DNA of 64,000 nucleotides from Candidatus Avisuccinivibrio stercorigallinarum (lineage in GTDB: Bacteria > Pseudomonadota > Gammaproteobacteria > Enterobacterales > Succinivibrionaceae): contig JADINH010000174.1 of NCBI GenBank assembly GCA_017694225.1, positions 8,807 through 72,806 of the forward strand. The letters run 5' to 3'. Made by a program: the position numbers and the translations under genes. How positions within the stretch are numbered: the stretch's first letter is position 1; the number at the start of each line of letters is the position of its first letter. Under the pieces are notes generated by a model. That model saw only the letters and a program-made list of their open reading frames with translations, was not told the DNA's origin and did not search any database. Shown piece after piece: positions 38,102 through 48,423 of this stretch.

Positions 38102-38950
38102 ATACTGTCTAATGTGGAAGGCGTGCACTACAAGAAAGTTCAAGTCAGCGACAAAGTCTTTCTTTATGCCTTTCGCGATACCGCCGCGGCCGCCAAAGAA
38201 GAAAAAAGTTTCATGGCCAGAGCCCGCGTTAATGGATCATATGATCCGCAGGAATATGAAAGGAAAAGGCCTTTGTTTGGGACGATATTTTTTGAATCTG
38301 ACCAAGATATCAGCCCAAACACTGCTTATGAATGCTATGACAGCCGCTGGGCAATAGAAGTTTTATTTCGTCAATATAAACAGGACGTTGAGCTGACAAC
38401 GACCGGGGTTCAAAGTGACTTCAGCCTTATCGGCCAGGAGTTTATAAATTTTATTTCTGTCATCATTACAGGGCGCATTATAAGAGCTTTTAAGAAGGCA
38501 GGGCTCTTGGACAAACACACATACGGGAACCTGCGTGAGGCGCTTAATCAAGCACGGCGAAGGACTGAAGCGGCCAAAGACGTAATGCCCAAAACTAGAG
38601 ATATGTATTGGGAATACACCACATCCGAAGCCTTTACATTCATGGAAATGCTGGGGATTTGTGAGCCCTTGGTTCATCCTGAGCCCAAAAAGCGCGGCAG
38701 GCCAAGGAAAAAGCCAGTTGAAGCAACTGAGCAGACGGCACCTAAAAGGCCGCGCGGCAGACCGAGAAAAGAACAGGCTGAAGGCACGGAAACAGCAAAG
38801 AGACCGAGGGGCAGGCCTAGGATTCACCCTAAGCAGGAAGCTGATACGCCAAAGCGGCCGCGGGGGAGACCGAGGATACATCCAAAGCCCGACCCTGATA
38901 TGCCAAAGCGGCCACGTGGCCGCCCGCGCAAGGCACGCAATGTGACATAA
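38102..38950 (+). pseudogene. C-terminal part of the interrupted IS4/IS1634-like transposase, ending in five AT-hook repeats
   Basis: YDSRWAIEVLFRQYK is the IS4-type Y(2)R(3)E(6)K motif. The tail contains five (K)RPRGRPR(K/I) units. Confidence 0.8.
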
Positions 38951-39315
38951 TATGGTCAAAGGTAAGACCGCCCAAAGATTGAGCGGTCTTGTATAGTACA
39001 ATAATTGCGAAAACCTTTAATCAAATTAGGCTATGAAGCTAGAAGAGAAAATCTAGTTTTCGCTAGGAAATTGTATATGGATCTGCAGCATGAGGCTATT
39101 GCTGTTATGATCATAAACTACCCAAATCATGCATTAGTTAAAAAATACCTGAAAAAGAAAGGTAATCTTAAAAAGCAGGAAGAAATCAAAGCAAGGAAAG
39201 CGGCAGCACCGGCTCCAGCGCAGTAAGGTGCATTACTATTCCTGAAGCCGGGAGCAATCTGTTTGTCTTTTTGCATACTTCAGAAATTAGCTCTCAACGG
39301 CCTCTTTCTGAGGCC

Positions 39316-39343
39316 TTGCCAAAATTAAAAGTCCTGATATAAT
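39316..39343 (+). promoter_or_regulatory. Sigma70-type promoter for tRNA-Thr
   Basis: TTGCCA, 16-nt spacer, TATAAT. The -10 element ends 15 nt before the tRNA 5' end. Confidence 0.5.
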
Positions 39344-39358
39344 TAAGCGGTCTTTTTT

Positions 39359-39434
39359 GCTGGTTTAGCTCAGTTGGTAGAGCACCTGTTTTGTAAACAG
39401 GGGGTCGTGAGTTCGAGACTTACAACCAGCACCA
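39359..39434 (+). tRNA. tRNA-Thr (anticodon TGT)
   Basis: Folded by hand as a 76-nt cloverleaf: acceptor GCTGGTT/AACCAGC, D arm GCTC-AGTTGGTA-GAGC, anticodon arm CCTGT-TTTGTAA-ACAGG, T arm GTGAG-TTCGAGA-CTTAC, and an encoded CCA. Confidence 0.95.
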
Positions 39435-39749
39435 CCCATCTTCCCCTCAACGCTGCAATTGACCATCAAAAGTCGTTTTAGTTTGGCTGCCACGTTTGTT
39501 TCTGTCCGGTGTCGGTTCTGGGTCTGTATTCGATTTTATTTGCAAAACAGCGCCCAAAAGTGAGCAGAATTCTCGATTTGGCCCGCAAATTTGGCGGAAA
39601 TTAGTTATACCAGCACAACTGAAGGTTTATAATATAGCTGTTGTGCAAATGAGAATAATTTAAGCACAACGGTACTTACGCCGGCTTAAATGTACGGTTT
39701 GAGTTTTTCAGAAGTATTTAGGGATATGGTTAAGGAGACGAAGCAAATT

Positions 39750-40796
39750 ATGAAGAAGAATCTGATTGCTTTATCCGTTGCTGCAGCTCTGTCATGCTTT
39801 GCAGCTGCTTCATTCGCTGCTGTTCCTGGCACTGCCACTATCGGTGTGCGCGGCGGCTGGGCTCACGCCAACATGGACGACGGCACCTACTATGATGAAG
39901 ACGACAAGAGCGGCTTTGGCTACGGTATTTATGCTGACTACAACTTCACCTCATGGCTGGGTGTGGAGCTTGGCTATACCGCTTTAGACGGTTTCTCTTA
40001 TGAGGGCAAGACCCCCAATCAGCACTCCTCCAATGATGTTGGTGTTCACGGCCCTGAGCTGGCCATCCGCCTGGCTCTGCCTTTAACTGCCGACGGCTCT
40101 GATATCTTCCTGCGCGCAGGCGGCATGTATGCCTTTGGCAGCGTTGATCACGGCGACAATGATGACGGCCTGGTTCCGTTTGTTGGTGCTGGTCTGCAGT
40201 GGGCCTTCACCCGCAACTTCGGTGCCCGCATCGGCTATGACTACTACTTCAATGCCATTGACGGCGAGGACGAGCTGCGCGGTGCTGAGTCTGATTTCGG
40301 CTTAGCTTATATCGGCCTGCAGTACACCTTCGGCGGCGAGCCTGCTCCGGAGCCTGCCCCTGCTGAGCCTGTATATCAGACCATCAATGAGACCTTTGCC
40401 TTAGACGCCGGCACTCTGTTCCCGTTTGACGGCTCCAACCTCTCTGAGGAAGGCGTACAGACCGTTGACGGCGTGGTAGATCAGGTTGCTGCCAAGAACG
40501 TGCAGAACGCTTCCTACACCGTAACCGGCCACACTGACCGCTTAGGTGCTGAAGCTTACAATCAGAAGCTCTCTGAGGCACGTGCTCAGGCTGTTGCCAA
40601 TGAGCTGGCCGCCAAGGGCGTTCCGGCAGGTTCCATGACCGTTCAGGGCATGGGCGAGACCTCTCCGGTTACCGGCTCTGAGTGCGACGGCTTAACCGGC
40701 AATGCTCTGGTTAAGTGCTATGCTCCGGACAGACGTGTTGAGATCTCCGTGACCGGCGACGTGCTCACCGAGACCGAGGTTCCGGCTGCTGAATAA
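39750..40796 (+). CDS. OmpA-family outer membrane protein
   Basis: Signal peptide MKKNLIALSVAAALSCFAAASFA, an N-terminal beta-barrel with aromatic-rich strands, an AP-rich hinge (EPAPEPAPAEP) and a C-terminal OmpA domain (GHTDRLGAEAYNQKLSEARAQAV). Confidence 0.9.
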   Translation: MKKNLIALSVAAALSCFAAASFAAVPGTATIGVRGGWAHANMDDGTYYDEDDKSGFGYGIYADYNFTSWLGVELGYTALDGFSYEGKTPNQHSSNDVGVHGPELAIRLALPLTADGSDIFLRAGGMYAFGSVDHGDNDDGLVPFVGAGLQWAFTRNFGARIGYDYYFNAIDGEDELRGAESDFGLAYIGLQYTFGGEPAPEPAPAEPVYQTINETFALDAGTLFPFDGSNLSEEGVQTVDGVVDQVAAKNVQNASYTVTGHTDRLGAEAYNQKLSEARAQAVANELAAKGVPAGSMTVQGMGETSPVTGSECDGLTGNALVKCYAPDRRVEISVTGDVLTETEVPAAE

Positions 40797-40831
40797 GCAA
40801 GAAGCTGACTTAAGCTGAACAAGTCACAAAG

Positions 40832-40855
40832 GCCCGGCATAATGCCGGGCTTTTC
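40832..40855 (+). terminator. Rho-independent terminator after the ompA-like gene
   Basis: GCCCGGCAT-a-ATGCCGGGC followed by TTTT. Confidence 0.75.
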
Positions 40856-41019
40856 GATCCTTAACCGGGAACTTTGCCGGCTGCCGCTGCAGATCCCTCA
40901 ATCCTGAGAAGAATAGGCAAAAGAGCGGTTTAGTTTGCATCTTCAGGCAACAGGCCTTCAAACCTAAGATAGAACCATCAGCTGAGAGCTGTCAGAGGTT
41001 TTAATTGGAGGTTTTTAAG

Positions 41020-42003
41020 ATGTTAAAGCAAAACAAATTTGTTCTGGCTGCAGCCGTAAGCCTGGCTGCCGGATCTGCACAGGCAGCGGACTACCGCGAC
41101 AACCCCTTTACTCTGGTCTATGACGGCGCCATCACCGAGAATGTCGCAGGCCGCGTCAACATTAAGCCCGTGACCTACGAACTGCACGGTCTGACCATTT
41201 CCGCCAACGTCTATCTGCCGGCCAATTACGATCCCAAGGGCCATTATGCTGCAGTGGCCGTGGCACATCCCAACGGCGGCACCAAGGAGCAGGTGGCAGG
41301 CCTTTATGCCCAGCGCCTGGCCGATCACGGCTACATTACCATTGCCGCTGATGCCTCCTATCAGGGGCAGAGCGCCGGTCTGCCGCGCAATACCGACAAG
41401 CCTGCCAACCGCATTGAAGACATCCGCGGCATGGCCGATTATCTGCAGACCTTCCCGGGAGTTGATCCCGAGCGCATCGGCCTGATGGGCATCTGCGGAG
41501 GCGGCGGCTATTCACTGGCAGCAGCGCAGACTGACAAGCGCTTTAAGGCAGTGGCTGTGCTCAGCATGTTCGACAGCGGCCGCGTCAGACGCCAGGGTTA
41601 TCAGGACAGCGACAGTCCGGAGGTAATTGCCCAGCGCATGCAGACCGCCTCAGAGGCCAGAGCTGCTGAAGCCCGCGGGGAAGAGCCGAAGTACCTCGGT
41701 GACATGAGCGGCATTACCCCGGAGCAGGCCGACAAGATGCCCTTTGATCTCTACCGCGAGGGCTATTACTACTATCTGGTGAACTATGCCCACCCGGGTT
41801 CAACCTTCAGGTACACCGCATCAAGCCTGCTTGATCTGATGGAGTTTGATGCCATTGCCCACATGGAGCTTATCAATCAGCCGCTGCTTATCATGGCAGG
41901 TGAAAAGGCTGACTCACGCTACATGTCAGAGGATGCCTTTGCCCGTGCAACCGGCACCCAGGACAAGGAGCTCTTTATTATTCCGGGCGCCACCCACATT
42001 TAG
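41020..42003 (+). CDS. Secreted alpha/beta hydrolase (dienelactone-hydrolase-like), ending at an in-frame TAG
   Basis: Signal peptide ...AAGSAQA|AD, nucleophile elbow GICGGG and catalytic His in GATHI. The frame continues protein-like for 23 more codons after the TAG at 42001. Confidence 0.8.
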   Translation: MLKQNKFVLAAAVSLAAGSAQAADYRDNPFTLVYDGAITENVAGRVNIKPVTYELHGLTISANVYLPANYDPKGHYAAVAVAHPNGGTKEQVAGLYAQRLADHGYITIAADASYQGQSAGLPRNTDKPANRIEDIRGMADYLQTFPGVDPERIGLMGICGGGGYSLAAAQTDKRFKAVAVLSMFDSGRVRRQGYQDSDSPEVIAQRMQTASEARAAEARGEEPKYLGDMSGITPEQADKMPFDLYREGYYYYLVNYAHPGSTFRYTASSLLDLMEFDAIAHMELINQPLLIMAGEKADSRYMSEDAFARATGTQDKELFIIPGATHI

Positions 42004-42205
42004 ACCTATTACGTGCCGGAGTACGTGAACAAGGTTGAGGCCAAGGCTTCAGCTTTCTTTGATAAGCATCTGTAAACAGAGCTGGCGTTACGGGTAACAG
42101 TCGAAGCAAAAAAGCTCTATAACCACATTAAGACCTGCCGGGTTCTGGTCGGTAGGCCTTTTCTTTTTCAGCTTTGCAAAGAGCGTGTTCTTTTATTCAG
42201 CGCAG

Positions 42206-43381
42206 TTACTGCTTGTTCTCAGTGCTGTCCTCTGCAGGATCATCACTGCTGCCTGACAGGCTGGCCTCGTCGATGATCTGCTGATAATAGGACAGGGAAG
42301 CTTCATCAGGATCTTCCAGGGCTGACTTGAAGATATGTTCAATCTGATCCTTGACGGCAGAGCGCACGATAAAGACCAGCTTGCTTACCTTTTCATTGTC
42401 AGGCCACTCATCGAGCTCGGTTAAAGGATAGAGTGAGCCCTGCACGCCGTGAATGATGACCGGCTTGTCCTGACCCTTTAAATCCAATATGCCCTTGATG
42501 CGCAGAATGCTGTCACCGTACTGCTGCTGCACCAGGGAAATAGCCGCCAGCAGAGCCAGAGGCTCAAGCGGCTCAGTCAGCACCATGGAGAAGCTCTCAA
42601 TATTGGAGTGGGCGATGATCTTGGGCTTGGCCAGGCCAATGCTCTCACTTTCATTAACCTGCACCGGACGCAGCGGAGAGGCCAGGGACTTGTCGTTAAA
42701 GGACAGCCAGGATTTGACCATGTCCATGTTGTGGTGCTCGTTTTCATTGTAAGGGCCGATTTCATTCATGATCGCAGGGGAAATGCGGCCGTTTAACACC
42801 GGATGAATGGGCGCGGAGTGATTGATGCGGCGGGCGGCCTCTGAGATGGCCTCAATTTCAGCGGCATCCACTAGATCGGTCTTGGAAATGAGGATGATGT
42901 CGGCCAGGGCGATCTGCTTTACCGCCTCATACTGGGTTTTAAGCTGCTCGCGCACATGCTGCGCATCAAGGATGGTGACAGTGCCGTTGTAACGGAAATG
43001 ATCAATCAAATACTCATCGCCGCCTAAGGTGGCAATCACGCCGGCCGGATCGGCAAGGCCGGTGGTTTCAATTAAAACGCGCTTGAAGGCAGGCATATCA
43101 CCGCGCTGTGCTTTGACAAAGTTGGTGGCCAGGGCGTCAACCAGTTCACCCTGCAGGGTGCAGCAGATGCAGCCCGAGCCGAGCAGCACCACGGTGTCGT
43201 CCACCGCCTGAACGAGCTCATGATCAAGGCCCACATCACCAAATTCGTTGATGAGCACTAAGGTGTCCTTAAACACAGGAGTATTGACCCAGTGATTGAG
43301 CAGAGTGGTTTTGCCGCTGCCCAAAAAGCCGGTGATGATGTTGACCGGAATAAGATCTGCAGGTGCCTGAATATCTGACAT
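42206..43381 (-). CDS. CobW/G3E-family GTPase (putative metallochaperone)
   Basis: P-loop GFLGSGKTTLLN, metal-binding GCICCTL (CxCC) and a CobW C-terminal domain pattern. The ATG at 43381 is preceded by GGAGG. Confidence 0.85.
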   Translation of the reverse strand: MSDIQAPADLIPVNIITGFLGSGKTTLLNHWVNTPVFKDTLVLINEFGDVGLDHELVQAVDDTVVLLGSGCICCTLQGELVDALATNFVKAQRGDMPAFKRVLIETTGLADPAGVIATLGGDEYLIDHFRYNGTVTILDAQHVREQLKTQYEAVKQIALADIILISKTDLVDAAEIEAISEAARRINHSAPIHPVLNGRISPAIMNEIGPYNENEHHNMDMVKSWLSFNDKSLASPLRPVQVNESESIGLAKPKIIAHSNIESFSMVLTEPLEPLALLAAISLVQQQYGDSILRIKGILDLKGQDKPVIIHGVQGSLYPLTELDEWPDNEKVSKLVFIVRSAVKDQIEHIFKSALEDPDEASLSYYQQIIDEASLSGSSDDPAEDSTENKQ

Positions 43382-43475
43382 GACTATACCTCCTTTTACA
43401 GGGCCTCTATTGTACTTTAAGCGGCCCTGATGATCGCAGGAGGCGGGCAAAAATAAGCGTAAGCTAACTTAAAGC

Positions 43476-44453
43476 TTAGCGGCCGTCGTTCAGCAGAAAG
43501 TTAAGCACCCGGGTCATGACCGGATTTCGGTACTCGTCAGCCTCATTTAAGATGTCGTGATAGGCACCGGCCACGCGCACGAACTTTGGTTTAATCACAT
43601 CATGCTGGTGGCTTTCCATAAAGCTCTGGCAGTGGGCGGCTGAGACCACCTTGTCGCAGGCGGCAGCTGCGCAGAACACCGGCATGGTGAACTCAAAATG
43701 GCTGTTATAAAGCTCAATCTGCTTGAGCAGGGACTGTCTGACAAAGCAGTAGCTCGGGCCTGCCAGCGCCAGCTCCGGATGCTGCGCATAATAGTCGTGA
43801 TAGCGCTCGTAGCGCAGGCGGCTGTGGCTGTGGATATTCTCCTCAAAGGGCAGGCGCTTGTACTCTGAGCCATGGGGCGTGTACATGGTCTTAAGCCCGG
43901 GCATTGAGCCCATAAAGCCTACAAAGGCACGCAGAATGGGAGCCGGCAGATTATAGGCAGGCCAGAGGTACGGAGCCATTAAGGCCAGGCGCTGCGGCTT
44001 GTGTCTGCCGTGGGCGGCGAGATCGGTTGATATCAGGCCGCCCATGGAAAAGCCCATCTGCACAAAGTCCGTGACCCCAAGGGCGTCGAGCATCAGCTCG
44101 ATGTCCTTGCGGTAGAGATTGAAATCCTCGATGTGGCATTTGTGGCTGCCGGGGATCACCGGCGAGGACATGCCCTGTCCGCGCACGAAGAGCACTAAAA
44201 TGCGCAGCGGCAGATCTTTAAGGCTGTAGATAAGCTCGGCGTACTTGTGCTCAATCTCAGCCCGGCCGGGGATGATCATCAGGGTTTTAAGAGCCCTGCC
44301 GTCTTTGGGCATAAACTCCAGGGCGCTTAAGAAATTGCTTTCATCGCGCTTTATCTGAAGAAAATTAAGGCTCTGATAAAAGTCCTCTATTTCTGCGTAA
44401 TGGTCTTTATAGAAAGCCTCGTCAGTCAGAGCGATATTAAATTTTGCTGTCAT
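43476..44453 (-). CDS. Alpha/beta hydrolase (lysophospholipase-like)
   Basis: Nucleophile elbow GFSMGG and a C-terminal YHDILNE (catalytic His context). 325 aa. Confidence 0.75.
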   Translation of the reverse strand: MTAKFNIALTDEAFYKDHYAEIEDFYQSLNFLQIKRDESNFLSALEFMPKDGRALKTLMIIPGRAEIEHKYAELIYSLKDLPLRILVLFVRGQGMSSPVIPGSHKCHIEDFNLYRKDIELMLDALGVTDFVQMGFSMGGLISTDLAAHGRHKPQRLALMAPYLWPAYNLPAPILRAFVGFMGSMPGLKTMYTPHGSEYKRLPFEENIHSHSRLRYERYHDYYAQHPELALAGPSYCFVRQSLLKQIELYNSHFEFTMPVFCAAAACDKVVSAAHCQSFMESHQHDVIKPKFVRVAGAYHDILNEADEYRNPVMTRVLNFLLNDGR

Positions 44454-44509
44454 GTTTACCTCCTGCGTGCGCGCAAAGGCAGTGCAGGCAGGAGGATAAA
44501 GCCTGCGCC

Positions 44510-46726
44510 TTAACGCTGACGGAAAATCTTCTGCACGTTCGGAACGGCCTTAATGCGGCGCATTACCGCTGCTAAATGCAGTCTGTCGCGGACCGTGACT
44601 GTCAGCCGGATGATATAAGTGTTCTCATCCTTGATTTCAGAGTTGATGCTCTCAATGCGGGAGCCGGCCAAATCAACGGCATTGGAGATCTCAGAGAGTA
44701 TGCCCTGGCGGTTCTCCAGCTCAATGCGCAGTCCGGTCTGGAAATCCATATTGGCAGTTACAGCCTGATCCCATTCTACATTTAAGAACTTTTCAGGATT
44801 TTTATCCTGATCACGAATGTTGAGACAATTGTAGTTATGGATCACCAGTCCCTTGCCCGGAGTGATATGGGCAATGATGTGATCGCCCGGGATGGGCTGG
44901 CAGCACTGGGCAAAGCTGAAGGGCAGACCGCCGGTTCCGGTGATGGGCAGACCCTTTTCATCATCATGCTGTTCATCGCCCTGCAGACGCTTGGCCACGA
45001 TCACGGTCAGGATGTTGCCAAGAGCAATGTCGGCAAACAGGGCATTTAAATCCGGCTCTTTGAACTCCTTTAAGATCTGATCGATGCGCTCTGGCGGCAC
45101 CTGATCAAGACGCACGCCCTTGAGCGAGTTCTGCAGCAGGCGGCGGCCGATGAGCACGCATTCCTGAGAGCGCAGGCTCTTTAAGTACTGGCGGATCTTG
45201 GAGCGGGCCTTGGGGGTCACCGCAGATGACAGCCACATGGCAGAGGGCTGGGCATTGGGTGAGGTGATGATCTCAACAGTCTGGCCGGAGGAGAGCTGGC
45301 GGGAGAGCGGGAACATGCGGTGGTTGACGCGCGCGCCGATGCAGTGCTGGCCGATATCCGAGTGCACCGCGTAGGCAAAGTCCACCGGGGTGGCACCGGC
45401 CGGCAGATCGTAAATCTTGCCCTCAGGGGTGAAGACGTAAATGGCATCCGGGAAGAGATCGGTCTTTACACCCTCAATAAATTCGGTTGATGAAGAAGCG
45501 CTCTGCTGCAGATCGATGATGTTCTTGATCCAGCGCTGGGCGTTCTTCTGGGCGGCGGTGGAGGTGGGCTCGGAGCCCTTTTCCTTATAAGACCAGTGGG
45601 CAGCCACGCCGCGGGCTGACATCTGATCCATGAACTCAGTTCTGATCTGCACTTCAACCGGCACGCCGTGCGGACCGACCAGCGAAGTGTGCAGGGACTG
45701 ATAGCCGTTGATTTTGGGGATGGCTATATAGTCTTTAAACAGGCCGGGACGGGGCTTGAAGAGATTGTGCATCTGGCCGAGCACGCGGTAACAGGTGTCC
45801 ACGTCCTTGACCACAATGCGAAAGCCGTACACGTCCATGATCTCGCGGAACTGCAGTTCTTTGTTCACCATCTTCTTGTAGATGGAGTAAATGCGCTTTT
45901 CGCGGCCTAATACCCGGGCCTCAATCTTAACTTCCTGCAGACGGCGCTTTATGGCCTCCAAAATGGTGTTGACCACTTCCTTGCGGTTGTTGCGGGCCTT
46001 GGTGACCGCGGCCTTGAGCACGCGGTAGCGCATCGGGTAGAGTGCAGCAAGTCCCAGCTCCTCAAGCTCCACCTTAATGTCGGAGATGCCCAGGCGGTTG
46101 GCTATCGGGGCAAAGATATCCAGGGTCTCACGGGCAATGCGCTTTCTCTTGTCAGGGCGCAGGTTGCCCAGGGTGCGCATATTGTGGGTGCGGTCGGCGA
46201 GCTTGATTAAGATGACGCGGATGTCGCGCGTCATGGCCATGATCATCTTTCTGAAGTTTTCAGCCTGGGCTTCGCGGTAGTCATGGAAGCGCAGCTTGTC
46301 GAGCTTGGTGACGCCGTTGACCAGTTCCATCACGGTATCGCCAAAATCGCGTTTGATGTCCTCTTCAGTGACAAAGGTGTCTTCCACCGTATCGTGCAGC
46401 AGGGCCGCCTCAATGCTCTCGGTATCAAGATGCATCTGTGCAATGATGACGGCCACCGCCACCGGGTGGATGATATAAGGCTCGCCGGAGGCTCTTTTCT
46501 GACCGTCATGGGCGCGGTCAGCTAAATGAAAGGCCTTGTCGATAAGCGGTATTTTGTCCGGATCAAGGTAAGAGCAGCACAGTTCGCGCAGCGGCAGATA
46601 AACACTGAAATTAGGTGATTTCTGCACAGCTTCAGGCGGGACAGGATAGCTGCGCACCTCAGGCTCAGTGGGGCCGATGTGCGGGGCGCCTGCCGGTTTG
46701 TTTGCGAGCATGCTGTCCTCAGCCAT
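44510..46726 (-). CDS. spoT: Bifunctional (p)ppGpp synthetase/hydrolase SpoT
   Basis: HD hydrolase motif (IIHPVAV...LLHDTVEDT), a RelA/SpoT synthetase domain and TGS and ACT-like C-terminal domains. It lies immediately downstream of rpoZ. Confidence 0.9.
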   Translation of the reverse strand: MAEDSMLANKPAGAPHIGPTEPEVRSYPVPPEAVQKSPNFSVYLPLRELCCSYLDPDKIPLIDKAFHLADRAHDGQKRASGEPYIIHPVAVAVIIAQMHLDTESIEAALLHDTVEDTFVTEEDIKRDFGDTVMELVNGVTKLDKLRFHDYREAQAENFRKMIMAMTRDIRVILIKLADRTHNMRTLGNLRPDKRKRIARETLDIFAPIANRLGISDIKVELEELGLAALYPMRYRVLKAAVTKARNNRKEVVNTILEAIKRRLQEVKIEARVLGREKRIYSIYKKMVNKELQFREIMDVYGFRIVVKDVDTCYRVLGQMHNLFKPRPGLFKDYIAIPKINGYQSLHTSLVGPHGVPVEVQIRTEFMDQMSARGVAAHWSYKEKGSEPTSTAAQKNAQRWIKNIIDLQQSASSSTEFIEGVKTDLFPDAIYVFTPEGKIYDLPAGATPVDFAYAVHSDIGQHCIGARVNHRMFPLSRQLSSGQTVEIITSPNAQPSAMWLSSAVTPKARSKIRQYLKSLRSQECVLIGRRLLQNSLKGVRLDQVPPERIDQILKEFKEPDLNALFADIALGNILTVIVAKRLQGDEQHDDEKGLPITGTGGLPFSFAQCCQPIPGDHIIAHITPGKGLVIHNYNCLNIRDQDKNPEKFLNVEWDQAVTANMDFQTGLRIELENRQGILSEISNAVDLAGSRIESINSEIKDENTYIIRLTVTVRDRLHLAAVMRRIKAVPNVQKIFRQR

Positions 46727-46735
46727 AACTGTCCC

Positions 46736-47020
46736 TTAGTCGAAGATCTCGACGCCGTCGATCGGAGCAAATTCATTGTCAGCCGGAGTGGATCTGCTGT
46801 CATTCATGTCCTTGTGCTCCTGCTTGTCGAGGAATTCCTCGGTGATTAAGCCGTCTTCGATCTCACGCAGTGCGATCACGGTGGGCTTGTCATTCTCTTC
46901 GTCAACCAAAGGCTTGCTGCCGTTTACTGAAATCTGACGGGCACGGCGTGCTGCGATCAGCACCAGGTCAAAGCGATTGCCAATTTTTGCGACTGCGTCC
47001 TCAACAGTGACTCTAGCCAT
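46736..47020 (-). CDS. rpoZ: DNA-directed RNA polymerase omega subunit
   Basis: [30 protein letters not shown] is the canonical RpoZ N-terminus. Confidence 0.95.
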   Translation of the reverse strand: MARVTVEDAVAKIGNRFDLVLIAARRARQISVNGSKPLVDEENDKPTVIALREIEDGLITEEFLDKQEHKDMNDSRSTPADNEFAPIDGVEIFD

Positions 47021-47289
47021 GTAAATAAAACCTCAAAGATATTAGAAAAAAGTAGCGTGGATTTTACTACAAAAAATGCTTGTCTTATGCCTGATTGTAA
47101 AACAGATTGGGCTTTTCTGAGCAGAAAGACCGAAAAAAGAGCGCTCTTTGTGCACTGCGGCACAAAAGATGCGGGCAGACGGGCGGCAGATCCGGCAAAT
47201 ACGGGTAAAATATGAGCCAAAAGCGCGGTCGTGCACAAAATTAAGATCCGCTGATGCAGGGCCTGGCGGTTTGGGTTTAACATTATCAC

Positions 47290-48423
47290 ATGAAAAAAAT
47301 TCAGGAAATTAAAGAGGCTTCGCTTTCACTGCCTGATGTGCGTTACGGCATCGACAAACAGCTGCGGCTGATTTACGCCGGCACCGCTTTGATGGGCCTG
47401 TTCAATCTGCTTACCCTGGCCCTGCTCGACGTCGAGGTGCTCACTTACTTTTACGCCGTCTATATCGTGTTCTTTGCCCTGGCTGCCAAAGCTGCCCGGG
47501 TCACGAATTTTGCCCGCATCTACAGCCTGTCGCTCTTCATGATCATCTTGCAGGCCTTGATGAGCACGCGCTTTTTGGGTGATGCCTGCGCCATTCCGGT
47601 CTATCTGCTCTCGATGCTGCTTGTGAGCAATTACGTGCATGCCACTGCCCACAGCCGGGCTTTCCGGGTGCTCTTTATCGGGGCGGTTACGGTGGCCGGC
47701 CTGATTGCCTATCTCATTATTGATGACTTTATAGATTTCTTTGTCCGGCCGCATCTGTGCATCACGAAGAGTGCCAGGATCTTCTTTACCATTCTGAATG
47801 CCTCCTGCAGCTTTGCGCTGTTCATCTTCATCTGCAGCGTGTTCGCGCTGTCATTCCAACAGCAGCTGCGGCTCTTAAACCAGCGCAACTCCAATTTAAA
47901 GAATGCGGCCAGCACCGACAGCCTGACCGGGCTGTTAAACCGCACCGGCTTTTACTCACGCTGCGAGCGCATGCTGCCGGAGCTGCGCAAAAGCGGCAGC
48001 CTGCCCTGCGTGGCCATGCTCGATATCGACTACTTCAAGAGCATCAATGACGGTTACGGACATGAGGGCGGCGATCTGGTGCTGCGCCGCTTAAGCGCGG
48101 TGCTGCGCACCTTTTCTACCGACTTTATCCTGATTGCGCGCTGGGGCGGTGAGGAATTTTTACTGCTGCTGCTGCCGGGCGATCTTACAAAGGCCGGAGC
48201 GCTGCTGGAAGAGCTGCGCGCGGAGATAGAAAAGCAGGAAATCAGCTTCTATCACCACACCTTAAAGTTCACCATCAGCGCGGGCATCGCCAAGGTGCAC
48301 GCCGATGAAACTCTGACTGAAGCCGTCCGCCGGGCTGATTTGGGGCTTTATCAGGCCAAGGAAAACGGGCGCAATCAGGTGCGCACGGTAAGCGCAAAGG
48401 GCAGCGGCCGTGCCGGGAGTTAA
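47290..48423 (+). CDS. Membrane-anchored diguanylate cyclase (GGDEF domain, GGEEF active site)
   Basis: About 190 aa of multiple hydrophobic segments, followed by DSLTGLLNR...DIDYFKSINDGYGH...RWGGEEFLLLL. Confidence 0.85.
   Translation: MKKIQEIKEASLSLPDVRYGIDKQLRLIYAGTALMGLFNLLTLALLDVEVLTYFYAVYIVFFALAAKAARVTNFARIYSLSLFMIILQALMSTRFLGDACAIPVYLLSMLLVSNYVHATAHSRAFRVLFIGAVTVAGLIAYLIIDDFIDFFVRPHLCITKSARIFFTILNASCSFALFIFICSVFALSFQQQLRLLNQRNSNLKNAASTDSLTGLLNRTGFYSRCERMLPELRKSGSLPCVAMLDIDYFKSINDGYGHEGGDLVLRRLSAVLRTFSTDFILIARWGGEEFLLLLLPGDLTKAGALLEELRAEIEKQEISFYHHTLKFTISAGIAKVHADETLTEAVRRADLGLYQAKENGRNQVRTVSAKGSGRAGS

Larger units (their letters stand above)
32484..39038 (+). mobile_element. Putative outer IS (IS4/IS1634-like) disrupted by the IS21-family insertion; boundaries tentative
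   Basis: Candidate imperfect terminal inverted repeats are CTTCATAGGCCGATTTACATAAA (32484-32506) and the reverse complement of 39016-39038, CTTCATAGCCTAATTTGATTAAA. They match at 16/23 positions, with the first 8 identical. I could not find a target-site duplication. Confidence 0.35.

Noticed and set aside
37402-39001. Long minus-strand ORFs (202 aa at 37402..38010 and 212 aa at 38363..39001)
   Set aside because: They are antisense to the KfrA-like gene and to the transposase C-terminus. Their compositions (L/F/C-rich; R/P/W-rich mirror of the AT-hook repeats) are typical of antisense shadows of biased coding sequence.
39005-39226. 73-aa ORF between the transposase remnant and tRNA-Thr
   Set aside because: Its 5' part overlaps the putative right inverted repeat of the outer IS. 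The product is lysine-rich and matches no family. It might be real from the internal ATG at 39077, but I have no positive evidence.
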